From an uncultured Acidobacteriota bacterium (GTDB lineage: Bacteria > Acidobacteriota > Thermoanaerobaculia > Thermoanaerobaculales > Sulfomarinibacteraceae), in assembly GCA_963727925.1 (NCBI GenBank), contig CAVSIS010000051.1:8039-72038 (forward strand): a stretch of DNA of 64,000 nt, in the 5' to 3' direction. Positions 1 through 10,494 of the stretch are shown here, piece by piece. The notes below the pieces were generated by a model. The model did not search any database, was not told the DNA's origin, and saw only the letters and a program-made list of their open reading frames with translations. The translations under genes were made by a program, and so were the position numbers. Each line of letters starts with the position of its first letter. Within the stretch, counting starts at the first letter, position 1.

Positions 1-194
1 TCTGGGTGGGCGCCCAGGTCGTGTTCCTCGGCGCCTTCATGGCGGCCAGCGTACTGCTCGCCAACACAGCCCACCATGGCGGTCTCCTGGTGCATGAGCA
101 CGGGGTCCACGTCATGCTCCCGCTCGATGCCTCGACCGCGGCCACCCAGGCCTCGGGCGGCGATGCCGGTGGTCTCGTGTCCGACGACGACTGA
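1..194 (+). CDS. 3' end of a gene cut by the window edge; hydrophobic C-terminal fragment of an unidentified membrane protein
   Basis: The frame is open from the window edge to TGA at 192-194. Third codon positions are strongly G/C. A hydrophobic stretch VVFLGAFMAASVLLA is followed by His-rich HHGGLLVHEHGVH. No family assigned. Confidence 0.35.
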   Translation, partial: WVGAQVVFLGAFMAASVLLANTAHHGGLLVHEHGVHVMLPLDASTAATQASGGDAGGLVSDDD

Positions 195-230
195 GAGGGG
201 GCGCCGTGTACCGAAAATCTCGGATGAGAC

Positions 231-707
231 TCAGCGTGAGCTGGGGACCGGTCCAACGAGGGCGGTGAAGGCGGCACGGGCAACCGTGTCGCCGGCCGCA
301 TCGCGGAGGACCACCTCCACCGGAAGCTCACCGTGGTCCGGCCGCTGAGGGACATCGCATCGACCTTCGGCCACGATCCGTCCGCGCGCTTTCTTGACGA
401 ACTCGATCGAGAGGCCGGTGACGATCATGCGGGCGCCGTCGGGCATGGAGGCGGTCGCGAGCAGGCCGCCGGTCAGCTCGGCAAGGTTCATCATCGCGGC
501 TGCGTGGATGGACCGCAGGTGGTTGCGTACCCTGCGCCGGTCATTCATGGCGATGCGGGCATGGCCGGGCTCGAGCACCTCGACCCGCGCGCCGATGGTC
601 GCCGAATAGGGCGCCATCCAACCCACTGCGCGGCTAAAGACCAGGCGACCGAGGGCGCTGGACCCGAGCGACCGCCAGCGATCCAGAACCGGGTTTGCAG
701 CAGCCAT
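231..707 (-). CDS. Hotdog-fold thioesterase, PaaI/YiiD-C-terminal (DUF4442)-like
   Basis: ORF track 231..737. Preferred start is ATG at 707, with GGGGAGG 5 nt upstream. Segments IAMNDRRRVRNHLRSIHAAAMMNLAELTGG and GLSIEFVKKARG resemble PaaI-type hotdog thioesterases. Confidence 0.6.
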   Translation of the reverse strand: MAAANPVLDRWRSLGSSALGRLVFSRAVGWMAPYSATIGARVEVLEPGHARIAMNDRRRVRNHLRSIHAAAMMNLAELTGGLLATASMPDGARMIVTGLSIEFVKKARGRIVAEGRCDVPQRPDHGELPVEVVLRDAAGDTVARAAFTALVGPVPSSR

Positions 708-824
708 CGCACCTCCCCAGGTCGTCGTATCCGGCATCGTACAGGGTACGCCCGTTCCGATCGCCTATTGGTGCCGAGCGTGAGACGCCGGCATGCTTGA
801 CACCGGACCTCCGACGGTGATGCG

Positions 825-3800
825 ATGCCCTCCACGATGGTCCGAAAACCGCCCTCGCGCCTGATCACTGCCGCGGGTCCGCGAGCCGCGGAGCAAGAGC
901 TGCTCGGGGTGATCGAGGCGGTCCGAGCCCGGAGTCTGGACGAGCTTGGCGAGCCCGTGCGTGTGATCGTCCCGTCGCGAAGCCTGCGCTATGCCGTCGC
1001 CGCTCGCGTGGCGGCCGCGGGTCGCCCGCTTGCCGGCGTGGTGGTCGAGACCCTGGCCGGGCTTGCGCGCGGCGTGCTCGCACGCAGCGGGGCTCCGGTG
1101 CGCTCGGCCGATGCCGTGCTCGGGGTGCTCACACGACGGTTTGCCGCGGAGGAACGGGAGCTCAACTCCAGCCTGGCGGACTTCGCGGATCCCTTTGCGG
1201 CCGTGGTGGCGTCGGTGCGCGACCTGCTCGATGCCGGGCTCGGCGCGGAGCAGACCGAGGCCGCGCTCGAGCTCCTGTCGACCGGTGCAGCGCGCGAGCT
1301 GCGGAGGGTGGTCCTCGAACGATCCCGTGCGGTGGTGCGGGTCGCGGCGCGGGTCGCGGCGACCGCCGAGGAGCTCGGCGTCGACCTCGCCTCGCGGGCG
1401 CTCGTGCGCGCTGCCGATGCCCTCGACCGTGGCGCCGTGCTTCCGGCCCGCGCCGTGGTGGTCCACGGCTTCGCCGAGACCACGGGAGCGGCGGGCGAGC
1501 TGATCGAGGCCCTCGTGCGTGGGGGTGGCGCGGTCGTCATCGTCGATTTGCCGCCGGACGCGGCGGGCGGCGATGCGGGCGCCTTCGCGGGCCGCCTCGT
1601 GGAACGGCTGTCGCACGTCGCGCGGGTCGAGATGTCGGCACGTGTGGTCACCACAACCCATCTCGAGCTCCTCGAGGCGGCGGACGCCGAGGCGGAGGTC
1701 CGCGCGGTCGCCGAGCGGGCCCTGCGCCTGATCGACGACGGTGTTGTGCCCGAGAGGATCGGCATCGTCGCGCGCGAGATCGGGACCCGACTGTCGCCTC
1801 TGACGCGTCACATGGATCGGCTCGGAGTGCCGTTCTCGGGAGTGTCGCTGGCTGCGCCCGGTGGTGGCCTCCGTGCACGGCTGGGGGGGGTGTTGGCGGT
1901 TCTCTCGGCGGGGGAGGACGCGACCGTCGACCGCTGGCGCGAAGCCGTGGCGGGACTCGATGCCTCGTTCGAGGTCGCCGCCGCGCTGCGCGTCCTGGGC
2001 GCGAGCCGGATTGTCGATCTCGCGCGGATCGAACCGCCCCCTCACGGCGTGCGCCTGCCGCTGGGCGTCGCGTCCGGGTCCGAAGACGAGGGCGTCGAGC
2101 CGCTGCGGGTCCCGGCCGGCACCCTCGCGGCCCAGCGCGACGGCGCGCGAGCTGCGGTCGACTTGCTCGCGCGCTGGCCCGAGAGGGCGCGGCCGTCGGT
2201 CCACGCGATCCAGACTGCGCGGCTGCTCGAGTGTCAAGGGGGATGGCCGGCAGGGTCCTCGTCCGCACTGCACGAGGCACTGGAGGCATGCGCCGCCGGC
2301 CTCGCGCCGCTCGGTCCGGTGTCGAGACCGGAGTGGGCGAGGGCGCTGGCCGAGATGACGCGTGAGCTGGGAAGGGTCGCCGTCGGCGGACGCGGTGGCG
2401 GCGTGCAGGTCCTGGGCGCCATGGAGGCGAGGGCGCGAATCTTCGACCACCTCTTCGTGCTCGGAATGCAACGCGACGCCTTCCCGCGGCAGGTTGTCGA
2501 GGATCCGCTGCTGCCCGACAGCGTCCGGGCTCGTCTTACCACCGTGGTGCCGGAGATCCCGATCAAGGCAAGGGGCCATCTTGAGGAACGGTACCTGTTC
2601 GGCCAGCTCGCCTCCGCCGCACCGACGGTCACGCTGTCCTGGGCGGCGAACGGCGGGCAGTGTTCGAGTTCCGCATCGCCGTTCGTCAAGGAGCTCGAGG
2701 CGGTGGCGGCACACGCGGAGCCTGTTCGTCGAGGCGTGCTTGCCGGCACACCCACGACGTCCTGGGAGCGCGCCGTCTCGCACGGGATCAGGGGCGACCG
2801 CGATGCCTGGGCGACGTCGATGGCCGGCGCCCTCGCCGAGGGCTGGCGGCGAGCCTTTGCCGGCACTTCAGCCAGTGCGGCCGCCGCCGCCGACGGTCTC
2901 GTCCGCGTTCTCGAGGAGTTCGAGCGACCGGCGCGGGACGCAGGACCCCTGCTTGGCGTGATCGGAGCCGGCGCCCTCGCTTGCACCGGCGCGGCGACCG
3001 TGACCCGCTTCGAGGCGTTCGCGCGCTGCCCGTGGCAGGCCTTCGTGACCCGCGTTCTCAAGGTCTCGCCGATGGCGGACCCGCTGCTCGCGCTGCCGGC
3101 GGTCGACCGTCGGCTCGTCGGCGTGATCGTCCACGAGGTGCTCGCCCGCCGGGCGGTTGTGGGCGGTGCCGGTCGAGATCTCGGACTTCCCGAAGCGCTC
3201 GGGCGTGCCTCCGCCAGGCTGTCGCCGGCCGGAGACGACTGGATCAATGCGAACGTGCAGAATGCGGCGGTCGAGGCCGTGCGCCGGGAGGGTCTGCCGT
3301 TTCCCGGCTTCGCCCCGGTTCTCGCGCTGCTCGCGCGGCCGTTCGTGGCGGCCGCTCTTGATCTCGACGGGGGTGCCGAGGTGCTCGCCGTGGAGGCGGA
3401 CGGTCAGGCCCAGGCTGGCGGGGTCGAGCTCCACTTCCGAGCCGATCGGGTCGATGCCGCCGAGTCCGGCTGTGTGCTCACCGACTACAAGACCGGACGA
3501 CCTTCGTGGACCCGGCGGAAGTTGGCCTCCAGCCGTCGCAAGCACTTGCTCGAGCGGATCGGCCGGGGCGAGCTGCTGCAGGCGGCCGCCTACGCCGCCG
3601 CCGCGCCGGGTGCCGCGGGCCGCTATCTGTTCCTTGAGCCAGACGCGGACGAAGGTGGCATCGAGGTGCGGCTCGAAGGCGCAGACGAGGAGGCGGCGGA
3701 GCGAACGAACAGAGCGGTCGCGGCTCTGGCGCGGGCATTGAGCGCGGGAGCGGTGATGCCTCGAACGAGCCAGGTTGTCGTCCGTGGAGCGAAGGCTGGG

Positions 3801-3998
3801 GGCGGGCAGGCGCTCGACCTTCGGGAGTCGCCCTGGTGTCGCAGCTGCACCGTCCGCGAGGCGTGCCTGCGCGACGATTCCGGGCTGCGTGGTCGGCTCG
3901 AGGCGTGGCTCGGCGAGACCGGAGCCGCCGGCGAGCTCGATGCGGCGGCCGGCGGGTTGTGGCGGCTGGGCGCCGGGGTCGAGGAGGGAGCGGAGTGA
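825..3998 (+). CDS. addB: AddB-like helicase-nuclease subunit (PD-(D/E)XK nuclease with Fe-S cysteine staple)
   Basis: 1057-aa ORF directly upstream of addA and overlapping it. C-terminal nuclease motif LTDYKTGRP. Four Cys arranged as in the AddB iron staple (FARCPWQAF ... WCRSCTVREAC). Confidence 0.75.
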   Translation: MPSTMVRKPPSRLITAAGPRAAEQELLGVIEAVRARSLDELGEPVRVIVPSRSLRYAVAARVAAAGRPLAGVVVETLAGLARGVLARSGAPVRSADAVLGVLTRRFAAEERELNSSLADFADPFAAVVASVRDLLDAGLGAEQTEAALELLSTGAARELRRVVLERSRAVVRVAARVAATAEELGVDLASRALVRAADALDRGAVLPARAVVVHGFAETTGAAGELIEALVRGGGAVVIVDLPPDAAGGDAGAFAGRLVERLSHVARVEMSARVVTTTHLELLEAADAEAEVRAVAERALRLIDDGVVPERIGIVAREIGTRLSPLTRHMDRLGVPFSGVSLAAPGGGLRARLGGVLAVLSAGEDATVDRWREAVAGLDASFEVAAALRVLGASRIVDLARIEPPPHGVRLPLGVASGSEDEGVEPLRVPAGTLAAQRDGARAAVDLLARWPERARPSVHAIQTARLLECQGGWPAGSSSALHEALEACAAGLAPLGPVSRPEWARALAEMTRELGRVAVGGRGGGVQVLGAMEARARIFDHLFVLGMQRDAFPRQVVEDPLLPDSVRARLTTVVPEIPIKARGHLEERYLFGQLASAAPTVTLSWAANGGQCSSSASPFVKELEAVAAHAEPVRRGVLAGTPTTSWERAVSHGIRGDRDAWATSMAGALAEGWRRAFAGTSASAAAAADGLVRVLEEFERPARDAGPLLGVIGAGALACTGAATVTRFEAFARCPWQAFVTRVLKVSPMADPLLALPAVDRRLVGVIVHEVLARRAVVGGAGRDLGLPEALGRASARLSPAGDDWINANVQNAAVEAVRREGLPFPGFAPVLALLARPFVAAALDLDGGAEVLAVEADGQAQAGGVELHFRADRVDAAESGCVLTDYKTGRPSWTRRKLASSRRKHLLERIGRGELLQAAAYAAAAPGAAGRYLFLEPDADEGGIEVRLEGADEEAAERTNRAVAALARALSAGAVMPRTSQVVVRGAKAGGGQALDLRESPWCRSCTVREACLRDDSGLRGRLEAWLGETGAAGELDAAAGGLWRLGAGVEEGAE

Positions 3999-6900
3999 GC
4001 GCCGGGGCCGATCGCCTGGTCGGGGACGACGCGGCGGCGCGGCACCTCGCGCAGAGCGAGTTCGAGCTCCCGATTGCGGTCGAGGCGGGTGCGGGGACCG
4101 GCAAGACCGCGGTTCTAGTGGCCCGCATCGTGGTGTGGTGCCTGGGACCCGGGTGGGAGCGCTCGGCTGCTCAACTGGGGACGGATGCCCCGGCCCGTCA
4201 CATCGCCGCGCGCACCCTCGAAGGCGTGGTCGCGATCACGTTCACAGAGGCGGCGGCGGGGGAGATGGCCGGGCGGGTCGCGGGCGCGATGGCCACGGTG
4301 GCGGGAGGCGCGATCCCTCTCGGCGTCGACCCCGAGCTGCTGCCGGCGAACGCTCCGGTGCGCGCGAGGCTCCTGGCTGCGGCGACCCACCGGCTCGAGG
4401 CTCGGACGATCCACTCGTACTGCGCGTCGCTGCTCCGGCGGTGGCCGATCGAGGCGGGCGTCGCCCCCGGCTTCGAGGTCGATGCAGACGGGACCTTGAC
4501 CGAGGCGGCGGCCTTCGAGGTCGTCGAGCAGGCCATGAGGCGGGCGCTCGCCGATCCCCCCAACCCCGACTGGGCGGCCCTCGCTGTGGGCGGCGCAGGA
4601 CCGGACCGGCTGGTCCATGCGGTCGCTGCGCTGGCGGCGGTCGGCGCCGGCGAGGAGCTGGACGAGGATCCCTTCTCCGCAGAAGCCGTGGCCGCACTGC
4701 GCGCGGGCGCGGTGGCGTCGGTCGACGGCCTCCTTTCGGTGATCGGAAACCGCCTGGATGCGGTCTCCCGGAGCTCGACTTCCGCGGACGTCGAGCTCCT
4801 GCGCAGTGTGCGCGAGGTGCTCGTGACGTCGCCCGATGCGCCCTGGCTCGGCGCGGCGCGGCCGTTCGGACGGCGAGGGGACGTGCCGCGCAACCGGCTC
4901 GAGAAGTGGGCCAAGGGCGACCTGACCCAGGGTGAGGCGCGCGCCCTCGAAGGCGTCGACCCGGGCGCGCTGCGCGCGGCGGCGGCGCTGGTGGCGGCGA
5001 TCGCCGCCGACCTCGAGGTCCTCGAACCGGAGCTCTATCGCGCGGCCGCCAGGGTCCTCGGGCCGCTGGTCTCCGCCGCCCGGCGACGACTGGTCGAGCA
5101 GGGCGTCATGGGCTTCGACGATCTTCTCCGGGGCGCCCACGGCCTGCTCGCCTCGCACCCAGAGGTGGCGCAGGAGATCAGGGGGGACATCCGCCAGCTC
5201 TTGGTCGACGAGTTCCAGGACACCGACGGCCTCCAGTGCGACATCGTTCGCCGGCTCGGCCTCGACGGCGAGGACCGGCCGGGCCTGTTCGTCGTCGGCG
5301 ACCCCAAGCAGTCGATTTACGGCTGGCGCAGCGCCGATCTCGGGGCCTACGAGGCATTCCGCTCAGAGCTGGAGAGAGCCGGCGGGAGAGTGGTCCGGCT
5401 TGCGGTCAGCTTCCGGTCGGTGCCCCCGGTGCTCGCCGAGGTCGAGCGCATCGTGGCGCCAGTGATGCAGCGCCGCCCAGGCCTGCAGCCGGAGTTCCAG
5501 CCCCTGGTGGCGAGCGATGAACGGCAGCGGGCGGCGGTCTTCCGGGACCCTGTCCGGGGTCCGGTCGAGGCGTGGCTCACGTGGCCGGTGGATGAAGGCG
5601 GCGGGCTGCGAACGGACGCGCGAGCGGCCGAGCGGCTCGACGCTGAGGCGCAGGCCCTGGTCGCCGACCTGTTGGCAGTCCACAATCGGCACCAGGTCAA
5701 GTGGGCGAAGATCGTGGTCCTGCTGCGCTCGACGTCGGACCTCGACGTCTACCTGGAGGCGATGCGGGCGGCGGATGTGCCGTTCGCGGTGACGCGTGAA
5801 CGTGCCTACTATCGCCAGCGGGAGGTCGTGGGGGCCGCCGCGTTGATGCGGGTCCTGCTCGACCCGTCGGATGGGCTCGCGCAACTCGCGCTGCTCCGGT
5901 CAGAGGCGGTCGCGGTTCCCGATGCCGCCCTGTTGCCGCTGTGGCGGGGCGGTCTGCCGCAGCTGCTCGCGGCGTCGGTCCGGGGCGACGAGGAGGCGGC
6001 CGCGCGCTTGGATGCCATGATCGTCGGCGTCGACGTGCCGCGCGAGGTGCCGGGTCTCGACCGCATGGAGGGCTGGTGCGACGTCCTCCGGTACGCGGTC
6101 CGCACCCTCGCAGTCCTGCACCAAGAGCTCCGCGACCAACCTCCGCCGCTGTTCGTCGAACGCGCCCGCACCCTGTGGCCGCTCGAGGTGATGGCCTCGG
6201 CGCGCTACCTTGGGGGCTTCCGCGTCACGAGACTGGAGCGGTTTTGGGACGACCTCGAAGCTCTGCTCGACGTCCGTGGCGATCAGCCCGCCGCGATCGC
6301 GCGGTTCCTGCGCCGGTCGGTGGAGGAGGCCCGGGAGAGCCCGGTGGCCCCCGCACCCGCGGTCGTCGAGGACGCGGTCCAGGTGATGACCATTCACGGC
6401 GCGAAGGGCCTCGACTACGACCACGTCTACCTGATGCAGCTCGACAAGGGTAGCGGGGGCGGTCCCCGGCCCCGGGGGTCCGGGCTGCTCCCGCACCACG
6501 GGCGGCGGGCGGTGAGCCTCCTCGGCTGGCCGAGTCCGGATTACCTGGCGGCGGAACGCGAGCGTGAGGCGGTCGAGGAGTGCGAGCGGGTGCGCCTGCT
6601 CTACGTCGCGATGACCCGCGCGCGGGAGCGGTTGGTGCTTTCCGGTGGGTGGTCCAAGGAGAGCGCGGCGGCCGATCCCGACCGCGCCCGGTCGCTGCTC
6701 GATCTGGCGCGCCGCCGGCTGCCGCCGGAGGTCGCCGAAAAGATCTTCGCAGACGGCGTCAAGGCTCTCGAGGACGAGCACGGGTTGCTTTGGCGCACGG
6801 TGGCCGGCGTGATCGAGGCGGCCGACGACGATCGCCCGAAACGGGGTCATCCCCCGGGTCTGACTGAGGTCGTCGACGCCGCAGTCCTCGAACGGGCATG

Positions 6901-7564
6901 GGAGCGTGCCCGGCGGAGAATGGCCCGGCTCTGGTCGGGCACGGTGAGCGGGGAGGCCGGCCGGCTGCTCGAGGAGGCCGCCGACGAGGGACCGGGACCG
7001 GGCCAGGGACCTCCTGCCGTCCTCGTCCGCGGTGAGCCGGCCGTTGCGGCTGCCGTCGGGACGGCGGTCCATGAGGCGATGGAGGCGCTCCCGCGCGGGA
7101 CCCTCGACGCTGCATCGGTGGTCCGCGTGCTTGCGCAGGAACGCCTCGCCGACGCCGGTCTCGACGAGAACTGGTTCGAGCCCGCCCGCGAACGACTCGA
7201 GTCGGTCCTCGGCGGGCTCGAGCGCGGCCGCTGCCTGCAGCGATGGCAGGAGCTCGCACCGTCGATGGTGGCGCGGGAGCTGCCGCTCTTGATCCCGCCC
7301 TCAGGAGACGACGGTCCGCTCGGGTTCGTGACCGGGGCGGTCGACCTCGTCGCGGTGGATCCGCACGACGGCCGTGTGGTCGTGGTCGACTACAAGACGG
7401 ATGTGGTCGCCCCGGGAGCGGTCCTGGACGAGCGGGTCGCGCGCTATCGGGCGCAGGTTGCGGCCTACGCCAACGCCCTGGCCGAGGCGCTCGGCCTCGA
7501 GACGGTCCCAGCCTGTGAGCTCTGGTTCCTCACCGCGGACGAGATCGTGCGGTTCGAAGGGTGA
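3995..7564 (+). CDS. addA: AddA/RecB-type ATP-dependent helicase-nuclease (UvrD-like SF1 helicase plus C-terminal PD-(D/E)XK nuclease)
   Basis: Walker A AGAGTGKT, then VDEFQDTD, VMTIHGAKGLDYDHVYL and LLYVAMTRARERLVLSG. C-terminal nuclease motif VVVVDYKTD. Start chosen at GTG 3995, which overlaps the addB stop (GTGA). The track ORF from 3836 is an in-frame upstream extension. Confidence 0.85.
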   Translation: MSAGADRLVGDDAAARHLAQSEFELPIAVEAGAGTGKTAVLVARIVVWCLGPGWERSAAQLGTDAPARHIAARTLEGVVAITFTEAAAGEMAGRVAGAMATVAGGAIPLGVDPELLPANAPVRARLLAAATHRLEARTIHSYCASLLRRWPIEAGVAPGFEVDADGTLTEAAAFEVVEQAMRRALADPPNPDWAALAVGGAGPDRLVHAVAALAAVGAGEELDEDPFSAEAVAALRAGAVASVDGLLSVIGNRLDAVSRSSTSADVELLRSVREVLVTSPDAPWLGAARPFGRRGDVPRNRLEKWAKGDLTQGEARALEGVDPGALRAAAALVAAIAADLEVLEPELYRAAARVLGPLVSAARRRLVEQGVMGFDDLLRGAHGLLASHPEVAQEIRGDIRQLLVDEFQDTDGLQCDIVRRLGLDGEDRPGLFVVGDPKQSIYGWRSADLGAYEAFRSELERAGGRVVRLAVSFRSVPPVLAEVERIVAPVMQRRPGLQPEFQPLVASDERQRAAVFRDPVRGPVEAWLTWPVDEGGGLRTDARAAERLDAEAQALVADLLAVHNRHQVKWAKIVVLLRSTSDLDVYLEAMRAADVPFAVTRERAYYRQREVVGAAALMRVLLDPSDGLAQLALLRSEAVAVPDAALLPLWRGGLPQLLAASVRGDEEAAARLDAMIVGVDVPREVPGLDRMEGWCDVLRYAVRTLAVLHQELRDQPPPLFVERARTLWPLEVMASARYLGGFRVTRLERFWDDLEALLDVRGDQPAAIARFLRRSVEEARESPVAPAPAVVEDAVQVMTIHGAKGLDYDHVYLMQLDKGSGGGPRPRGSGLLPHHGRRAVSLLGWPSPDYLAAEREREAVEECERVRLLYVAMTRARERLVLSGGWSKESAAADPDRARSLLDLARRRLPPEVAEKIFADGVKALEDEHGLLWRTVAGVIEAADDDRPKRGHPPGLTEVVDAAVLERAWERARRRMARLWSGTVSGEAGRLLEEAADEGPGPGQGPPAVLVRGEPAVAAAVGTAVHEAMEALPRGTLDAASVVRVLAQERLADAGLDENWFEPARERLESVLGGLERGRCLQRWQELAPSMVARELPLLIPPSGDDGPLGFVTGAVDLVAVDPHDGRVVVVDYKTDVVAPGAVLDERVARYRAQVAAYANALAEALGLETVPACELWFLTADEIVRFEG

Positions 7565-7590
7565 GAAGGTGAGAAGGTGAGAAGGTGTGA
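7556..7590 (+). repeat. Four imperfect tandem copies of the octamer GAAGGTGA, beginning in the addA stop codon
   Basis: GAAGgGTGA GAAGGTGA GAAGGTGA GAAGGTgtGA. TGA triplets at 7562, 7570, 7578 and 7588 fall in all three forward frames. Confidence 0.9.
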
Positions 7591-7621
7591 GCGCGGCGAG
7601 GTGAGTCCGGGGGAAGAAAAA

Positions 7622-7643
7622 GGGCCCGGCGGATGCCGGGCCC
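7622..7643. terminator. Bidirectional intrinsic terminator between convergent addA and sucD
   Basis: Perfect 9-bp stem GGGCCCGGC/GCCGGGCCC with loop GGAT. The A-run GAAGAAAAA upstream gives a U-tract for the minus-strand sucCD transcript. TTGGGTGTTT lies downstream on the plus strand. Confidence 0.7.
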
Positions 7644-7667
7644 TTGGGTGTTTCGGAGCTGGGGCGA

Positions 7668-8552
7668 CTACTCGAGCGGGCTCGAGTCGAGCAGGTTCTT
7701 CATCGTGTGGCCGATCTCGGCAGGGGTGGGGCAGACCGCGATCCCGGCCTCCTTGAGCGCCTCGATCTTCTCCGCCGCGGTACCCTTTCCGCCGGAGATG
7801 ATGGCGCCGGCGTGACCCATGCGCCGTCCCGGAGGCGCCGTCTGGCCGGCGATGAACGCGACCACCGGCTTCGACACGAACTGTTTGACGAACTCGGCGG
7901 CCTCCTCCTCGGCCGTGCCGCCGATCTCGCCGATCATCACGATGCCTTCGGTCTCGGAGTCCTCCTCGAAAGCCTCCAGGCAGTCGATGAAGTTCGTCCC
8001 CGGGAGGGGGTCGCCACCGATCCCTACGCAGGTGGACTGGCCGAGACCGAGCTTGGTCAGCTGGCCGACCGCCTCGTAGGTCAGGGTGCCGGAGCGGGAC
8101 ACGACCCCGATCGACCCCTGCATGTGAATGTGCGCCGGCATGATGCCGAGCTTGGTCTTGCCGGGTGAGATGATGCCCGGGCAGTTGGGGCCGATCAGGC
8201 GGGTGGGCAGGCCCTGGAGGATGCGCTGCACGCGCACCATATCCCGGGTGGGAATGCCTTCGGTGATGCAGACGACCAGCTCGAGCCCGGCGTCGGCCGC
8301 CTCGAGGATCGCGTCGGCCGCGAACGGCGGCGGCACGAAGAGCAGGGAGGCGGTGGCGCCGGTCGCGGCGACCGCGTCGGCCACGGTGTTGAAGATGGGC
8401 GCGCCGTCGACCTCCTTGCCGGCCTTGCCGGGTGTGACGCCGCCGACGATCTTTGCACCGTACTCCCGGCAGCGCTCGGCATGGAAGCGTCCTTCCTTGC
8501 CGGTCAGACCCTGGACGACGACTCGTGTGTCCTCATTGACCCAGATGCTCAT
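7668..8552 (-). CDS. sucD: Succinyl-CoA synthetase alpha subunit
   Basis: [24 protein letters not shown]... and the rest of the sequence are typical SucD. Start ATG 8552 lies 10 nt after the sucC stop and has a GGGGG RBS. The track ORF to 8618 is an upstream extension. Confidence 0.95.
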   Translation of the reverse strand: MSIWVNEDTRVVVQGLTGKEGRFHAERCREYGAKIVGGVTPGKAGKEVDGAPIFNTVADAVAATGATASLLFVPPPFAADAILEAADAGLELVVCITEGIPTRDMVRVQRILQGLPTRLIGPNCPGIISPGKTKLGIMPAHIHMQGSIGVVSRSGTLTYEAVGQLTKLGLGQSTCVGIGGDPLPGTNFIDCLEAFEEDSETEGIVMIGEIGGTAEEEAAEFVKQFVSKPVVAFIAGQTAPPGRRMGHAGAIISGGKGTAAEKIEALKEAGIAVCPTPAEIGHTMKNLLDSSPLE

Positions 8553-8562
8553 CGCGGCCCCC

Positions 8563-9726
8563 TTAGTTTCCCGCCACGGCGGCGACGATCTTCTCGGCAC
8601 CGTCGGCCATGCCGTCACCGACGGTCAGATCGAGGCCGGACTCGGCCAGCAGCCGACGGCCCTCCTCGACGTTGGTCCCCTCGAGGCGGACGACGAGGGG
8701 CACCTCGACTTTGACCTCGCGGGCCGCTTCGATGACCCCGCGGGCGATCATGTCGCACCGGACGATCCCGCCGAAGATGTTGATCAGCACGCCCTTGACG
8801 TTGGGGTCGGAGAGCAGGATCCGGAACGCGGCGGAGACGCGCTCCTGGGAGGCGCCGCCGCCGACGTCGAGGAAGTTGGCCGGCTCTCCTCCGTAGTACT
8901 TGATGATGTCCATGGTCGCCATGGCGAGCCCGGCGCCGTTGACCATGCACCCGATCGTCCCGTCGAGCTTGATGTAGTTGAGGTCGAACTTGGAGGCCTC
9001 GACTTCGAGCGGCTCCTCCTCGGCCAGGTCGCGCATCGTGAGCACGTCGGCATGGCGGAACATCGCGTTGTCGTCGAAGTTCATCTTCGCATCGAGCGCG
9101 ATCACACGACCATCGGTGGTGGTCACGAGGGGGTTGATCTCGGCGAGCGAGGCGTCGGTGTCGGAGTAGGCGCGGACCAGGGCGCTCATGAACTTGATTC
9201 CGGCCTTGAAAGCGTCTCCTTCGAGCCCGAGGGCGAAGGCCAGCTGCCGGGCCATATAGGGGTGGAGACCGACGTCCGGGTCGAAGTGGGCCTTCATGAT
9301 GGCGTCGGGATTGGTGGCGGCGACCTCCTCGATCTCCATACCGCCGAAACGCGACGCCATGACGCACGGGAAGCCCTCCGCGCGGTCGAGGACGATACCG
9401 AGATACAGCTCACGCTCGATCGGCAGCGCCTCCTCGACCAGGACCTTGGCGACGATGCGGCCCTCGGCGCCGGTCTGCTTGGTCACCAGGCGCATGCCGA
9501 GGATCGTGCGAGCGTTCTCGACGGCCTCATCAGGCGTGGACGCCAGCTTGACGCCGCCCGCCTTGCCTCGGCCGCCGGCGTGCACCTGCGCCTTGACAAC
9601 CACTCGGCCGCCGAGCTCCTGTGCTGCTGCGTGTGCGGCCTCGGCCTGGGTGACGAGGATGCCGCGAGGCACGGGCACGCCGTAGCGTGCGAGGATCTCT
9701 TTGGCCTGATACTCGTGGACCTTCAT
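8563..9726 (-). CDS. sucC: Succinyl-CoA synthetase beta subunit
   Basis: [22 protein letters not shown]... is the canonical SucC N-terminus (ATP-grasp). AAGGAGG RBS precedes ATG 9726. Confidence 0.95.
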   Translation of the reverse strand: MKVHEYQAKEILARYGVPVPRGILVTQAEAAHAAAQELGGRVVVKAQVHAGGRGKAGGVKLASTPDEAVENARTILGMRLVTKQTGAEGRIVAKVLVEEALPIERELYLGIVLDRAEGFPCVMASRFGGMEIEEVAATNPDAIMKAHFDPDVGLHPYMARQLAFALGLEGDAFKAGIKFMSALVRAYSDTDASLAEINPLVTTTDGRVIALDAKMNFDDNAMFRHADVLTMRDLAEEEPLEVEASKFDLNYIKLDGTIGCMVNGAGLAMATMDIIKYYGGEPANFLDVGGGASQERVSAAFRILLSDPNVKGVLINIFGGIVRCDMIARGVIEAAREVKVEVPLVVRLEGTNVEEGRRLLAESGLDLTVGDGMADGAEKIVAAVAGN

Positions 9727-9872
9727 ACCGCCTCCTTGAGTCGTGGTCCCGCGACAGGCGGGTCGCGGCATTGTGCACCGATCTTCACAGGGTCGCAAGG
9801 CGGAAGCGCGAAGCACGGGACGCCGGTCAGCTTCAGTACTGGTACTCTGTCTCGAGTGAGTTGGAGGGGGCC

Positions 9873-10334
9873 ATGGACACGCTACGGGCTGCGCTGCAGC
9901 TGATTCCCCACGGCGTCTACCTGGTCGGTGCCGCTGATGGCCGGGAACGGTTTCTGTACACCGCGACCTGGCTCAGCCAGGTTTCCTCCCGGCCGCCTCG
10001 CGTGGCGACCGCGATTCGCCCCGAGCACAGCGGGTACCAGCTCATCCAGGCGAGCGGGGCGTTCACCGTCAACTGCCTGGAAAGCACGCAGCTCGATCTC
10101 GCCCAGGTCGGCTTCGGGCACGACGGGGACCGTTTGAGCGGGGTCGAGTGGCGCGCGTGCCCGGTCACTGGTGCGCCGGTGCTGACCGAGGCGCTCGGCT
10201 ACATCGGTTGCCGCCTCACCCAGCTCCTGGAGGTAGGCGACCACGTGCTGGCGATCGCGGACGTGGTCACCGGACGACTGTTCCACGGCGGGCGGCCGAT
10301 GACCATCCACGACACTCCGTGGACCTACTCCTAG
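9873..10334 (+). CDS. Flavin reductase-like FMN-binding domain protein
   Basis: 153 aa from ATG 9873 (GGAGGGGG RBS). The pattern [11 protein letters not shown]...FTVNCL...GAPVL...LGYIGCRL...GDHVL is typical of the flavin reductase domain family. Confidence 0.75.
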   Translation: MDTLRAALQLIPHGVYLVGAADGRERFLYTATWLSQVSSRPPRVATAIRPEHSGYQLIQASGAFTVNCLESTQLDLAQVGFGHDGDRLSGVEWRACPVTGAPVLTEALGYIGCRLTQLLEVGDHVLAIADVVTGRLFHGGRPMTIHDTPWTYS

Positions 10335-10413
10335 GACCGCGTGGCGCAGAGCCCTGTCGTGGCGGTCTGCGAGGGCGCGCCGCGCAAAGGGGCTCTGTGC
10401 CACGCGCTCCTTT

Positions 10414-10432
10414 CGATGCGCTGTGCGCATCG
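10414..10432. repeat. REP-like palindrome CGATGCGC-TGT-GCGCATCG (copy 1 of 4)
   Basis: 8-bp stem with a 3-nt loop, between the convergent flavin reductase and M16 genes. Related copies are at 16433, 16993 and 17045. Confidence 0.8.
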
Positions 10433-10494
10433 GGCGTCGCAGAGAAACGGCACCGGCGAGGTGCCCGGGCCGTTTCGTGGGTTGAGTCGGGAAG

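Noticed and set aside
765-2783. 672-aa ORF antisense to addB
   Set aside because: Its composition is dominated by Arg, Gly, Pro and Asp with no motifs. It lies entirely opposite a gene with clear AddB features. This is a typical stop-poor antisense frame in GC-rich DNA.
825-7564. Nuclease plus UvrD-helicase pair considered as a possible phage-defence module (Gabija- or Hachiman-like)
   Set aside because: The sizes, the Fe-S cysteine staple in the first protein, the C-terminal PD-(D/E)XK nuclease in the helicase, the overlapping genes and the housekeeping neighbours all fit ordinary AddAB recombination-repair.
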